Shown here: piece after piece, positions 63,429 to 64,000 of the stretch
Layout: each line of letters begins with the position of its first letter
Numbering within the stretch: the first letter of the stretch is position 1
NCBI RefSeq assembly: GCF_006345805.1
Contig: NC_043001.1
Span: 5,084,001 to 5,148,000 of the forward strand
DNA from: Octopus sinensis
Taxonomy: Eukaryota
DNA length: 64,000 bases
Direction of reading: 5' to 3'
The notes under the pieces: generated by a model
Seen by the model: the letters and a program-made list of their open reading frames with translations, nothing else
The model's database searches: none
What the model was told of the DNA's origin: nothing
Position numbers and translations under genes: made by a program

Positions 63429-63859
63429 GAATGTATTATAAATAAACAACGACCCTGCCTCGCTTAAGCCGATCAGCTAACTGATCAACATCAACGAAGC
63501 ACATGGGTGAGTTTATATATATTACATCCGGGTAAATGGCAAACTTTTACGAATTGCATTTCGGGAGAGGAAAAGTTTTTTCGGAATAAAAATTTAGCAA
63601 TTAAGGACAACTACTTAATAAGGAAAACTTAACAAGAAATTGTCAGGTAGATAGCGTAAAAACCTCATAAGAGAAAACATTTCGAAAATAATTATTTCTT
63701 ATTGAACATATTAATTTATATATAGAGGGCATTATACATACATGCCAGGAGGCATTATATATACATGCCAAACGCTAAGAGGGACAATCAGTCATTTCTA
63801 CCAAAAATATTACTAATCCCACCGAATGCAATTTTTCAAAGTAAGACATTTAAAAATAT

Positions 63860-63907
63860 AGACCTGTATCACAGTGATTTCATACTTACGTAATCATCAG
63901 CAGGCCT
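63860..63907 (-). ncRNA. Candidate type I hammerhead ribozyme, unit 2
   Basis: Identical to 63381-63428, 479 bp away. Confidence 0.78.
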
Positions 63908-64000
63908 GAATGTATTATAAATAAACAACGACCCTGCCTCGCTTAAGCCGATCAGCTAACTGATCAACATCAACGAAGCACATGGGTGAGTTTATATATA

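Larger units (their letters stand above)
63235..64000. repeat. Head-to-tail tandem repeat, unit 479 bp, truncated by the window end
   Basis: 63235-63521 is repeated at 63714-64000. I see one substitution (AAAGAAAGAC vs AAAGTAAGAC). Confidence 0.95.

Noticed and set aside
63662-63700. Second, plus-strand hammerhead-like motif in the 479-bp unit (CTCATAA..GAAA..palindrome)
   Set aside because: Two non-compensatory core changes and no stem I.

Overview
AT-rich, microsatellite-dense eukaryotic genomic DNA. The repeat repertoire resembles that of a coleoid cephalopod, probably Octopus (recognition only, not a database result). I found no host protein-coding exon that I can support. Most ORF-track entries are translated microsatellites or antisense frames of transposons. 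The window is a mosaic of mobile DNA: (i) several RT + CCHC + restriction-like-endonuclease non-LTR retrotransposons of R4/Dong type, almost all inside (TAA)n tracts, including a same-strand stack of five insertions at 11.1-17.6 kb and a near full-length copy at 38.2-42.0 kb; (ii) at least four tRNA-headed SINE types and a ~550-bp (AAT)n-tailed non-coding element; (iii) mariner, CR1/L2-like, RTE and possible Penelope-like relics; (iv) long palindromes. The most notable signal is non-coding: type I hammerhead-ribozyme motifs of at least five different sequence families. They include one complete motif per unit of a near-identical 479-bp tandem repeat at the window end (retrozyme-like architecture), a tRNA-head + (AAT)n + hammerhead chimeric SINE whose (AAT)n linker appears to be targeted by the Dong elements, and a U3:A8 covariant core. 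Ribozyme activity is inferred from motif and base pairing only.
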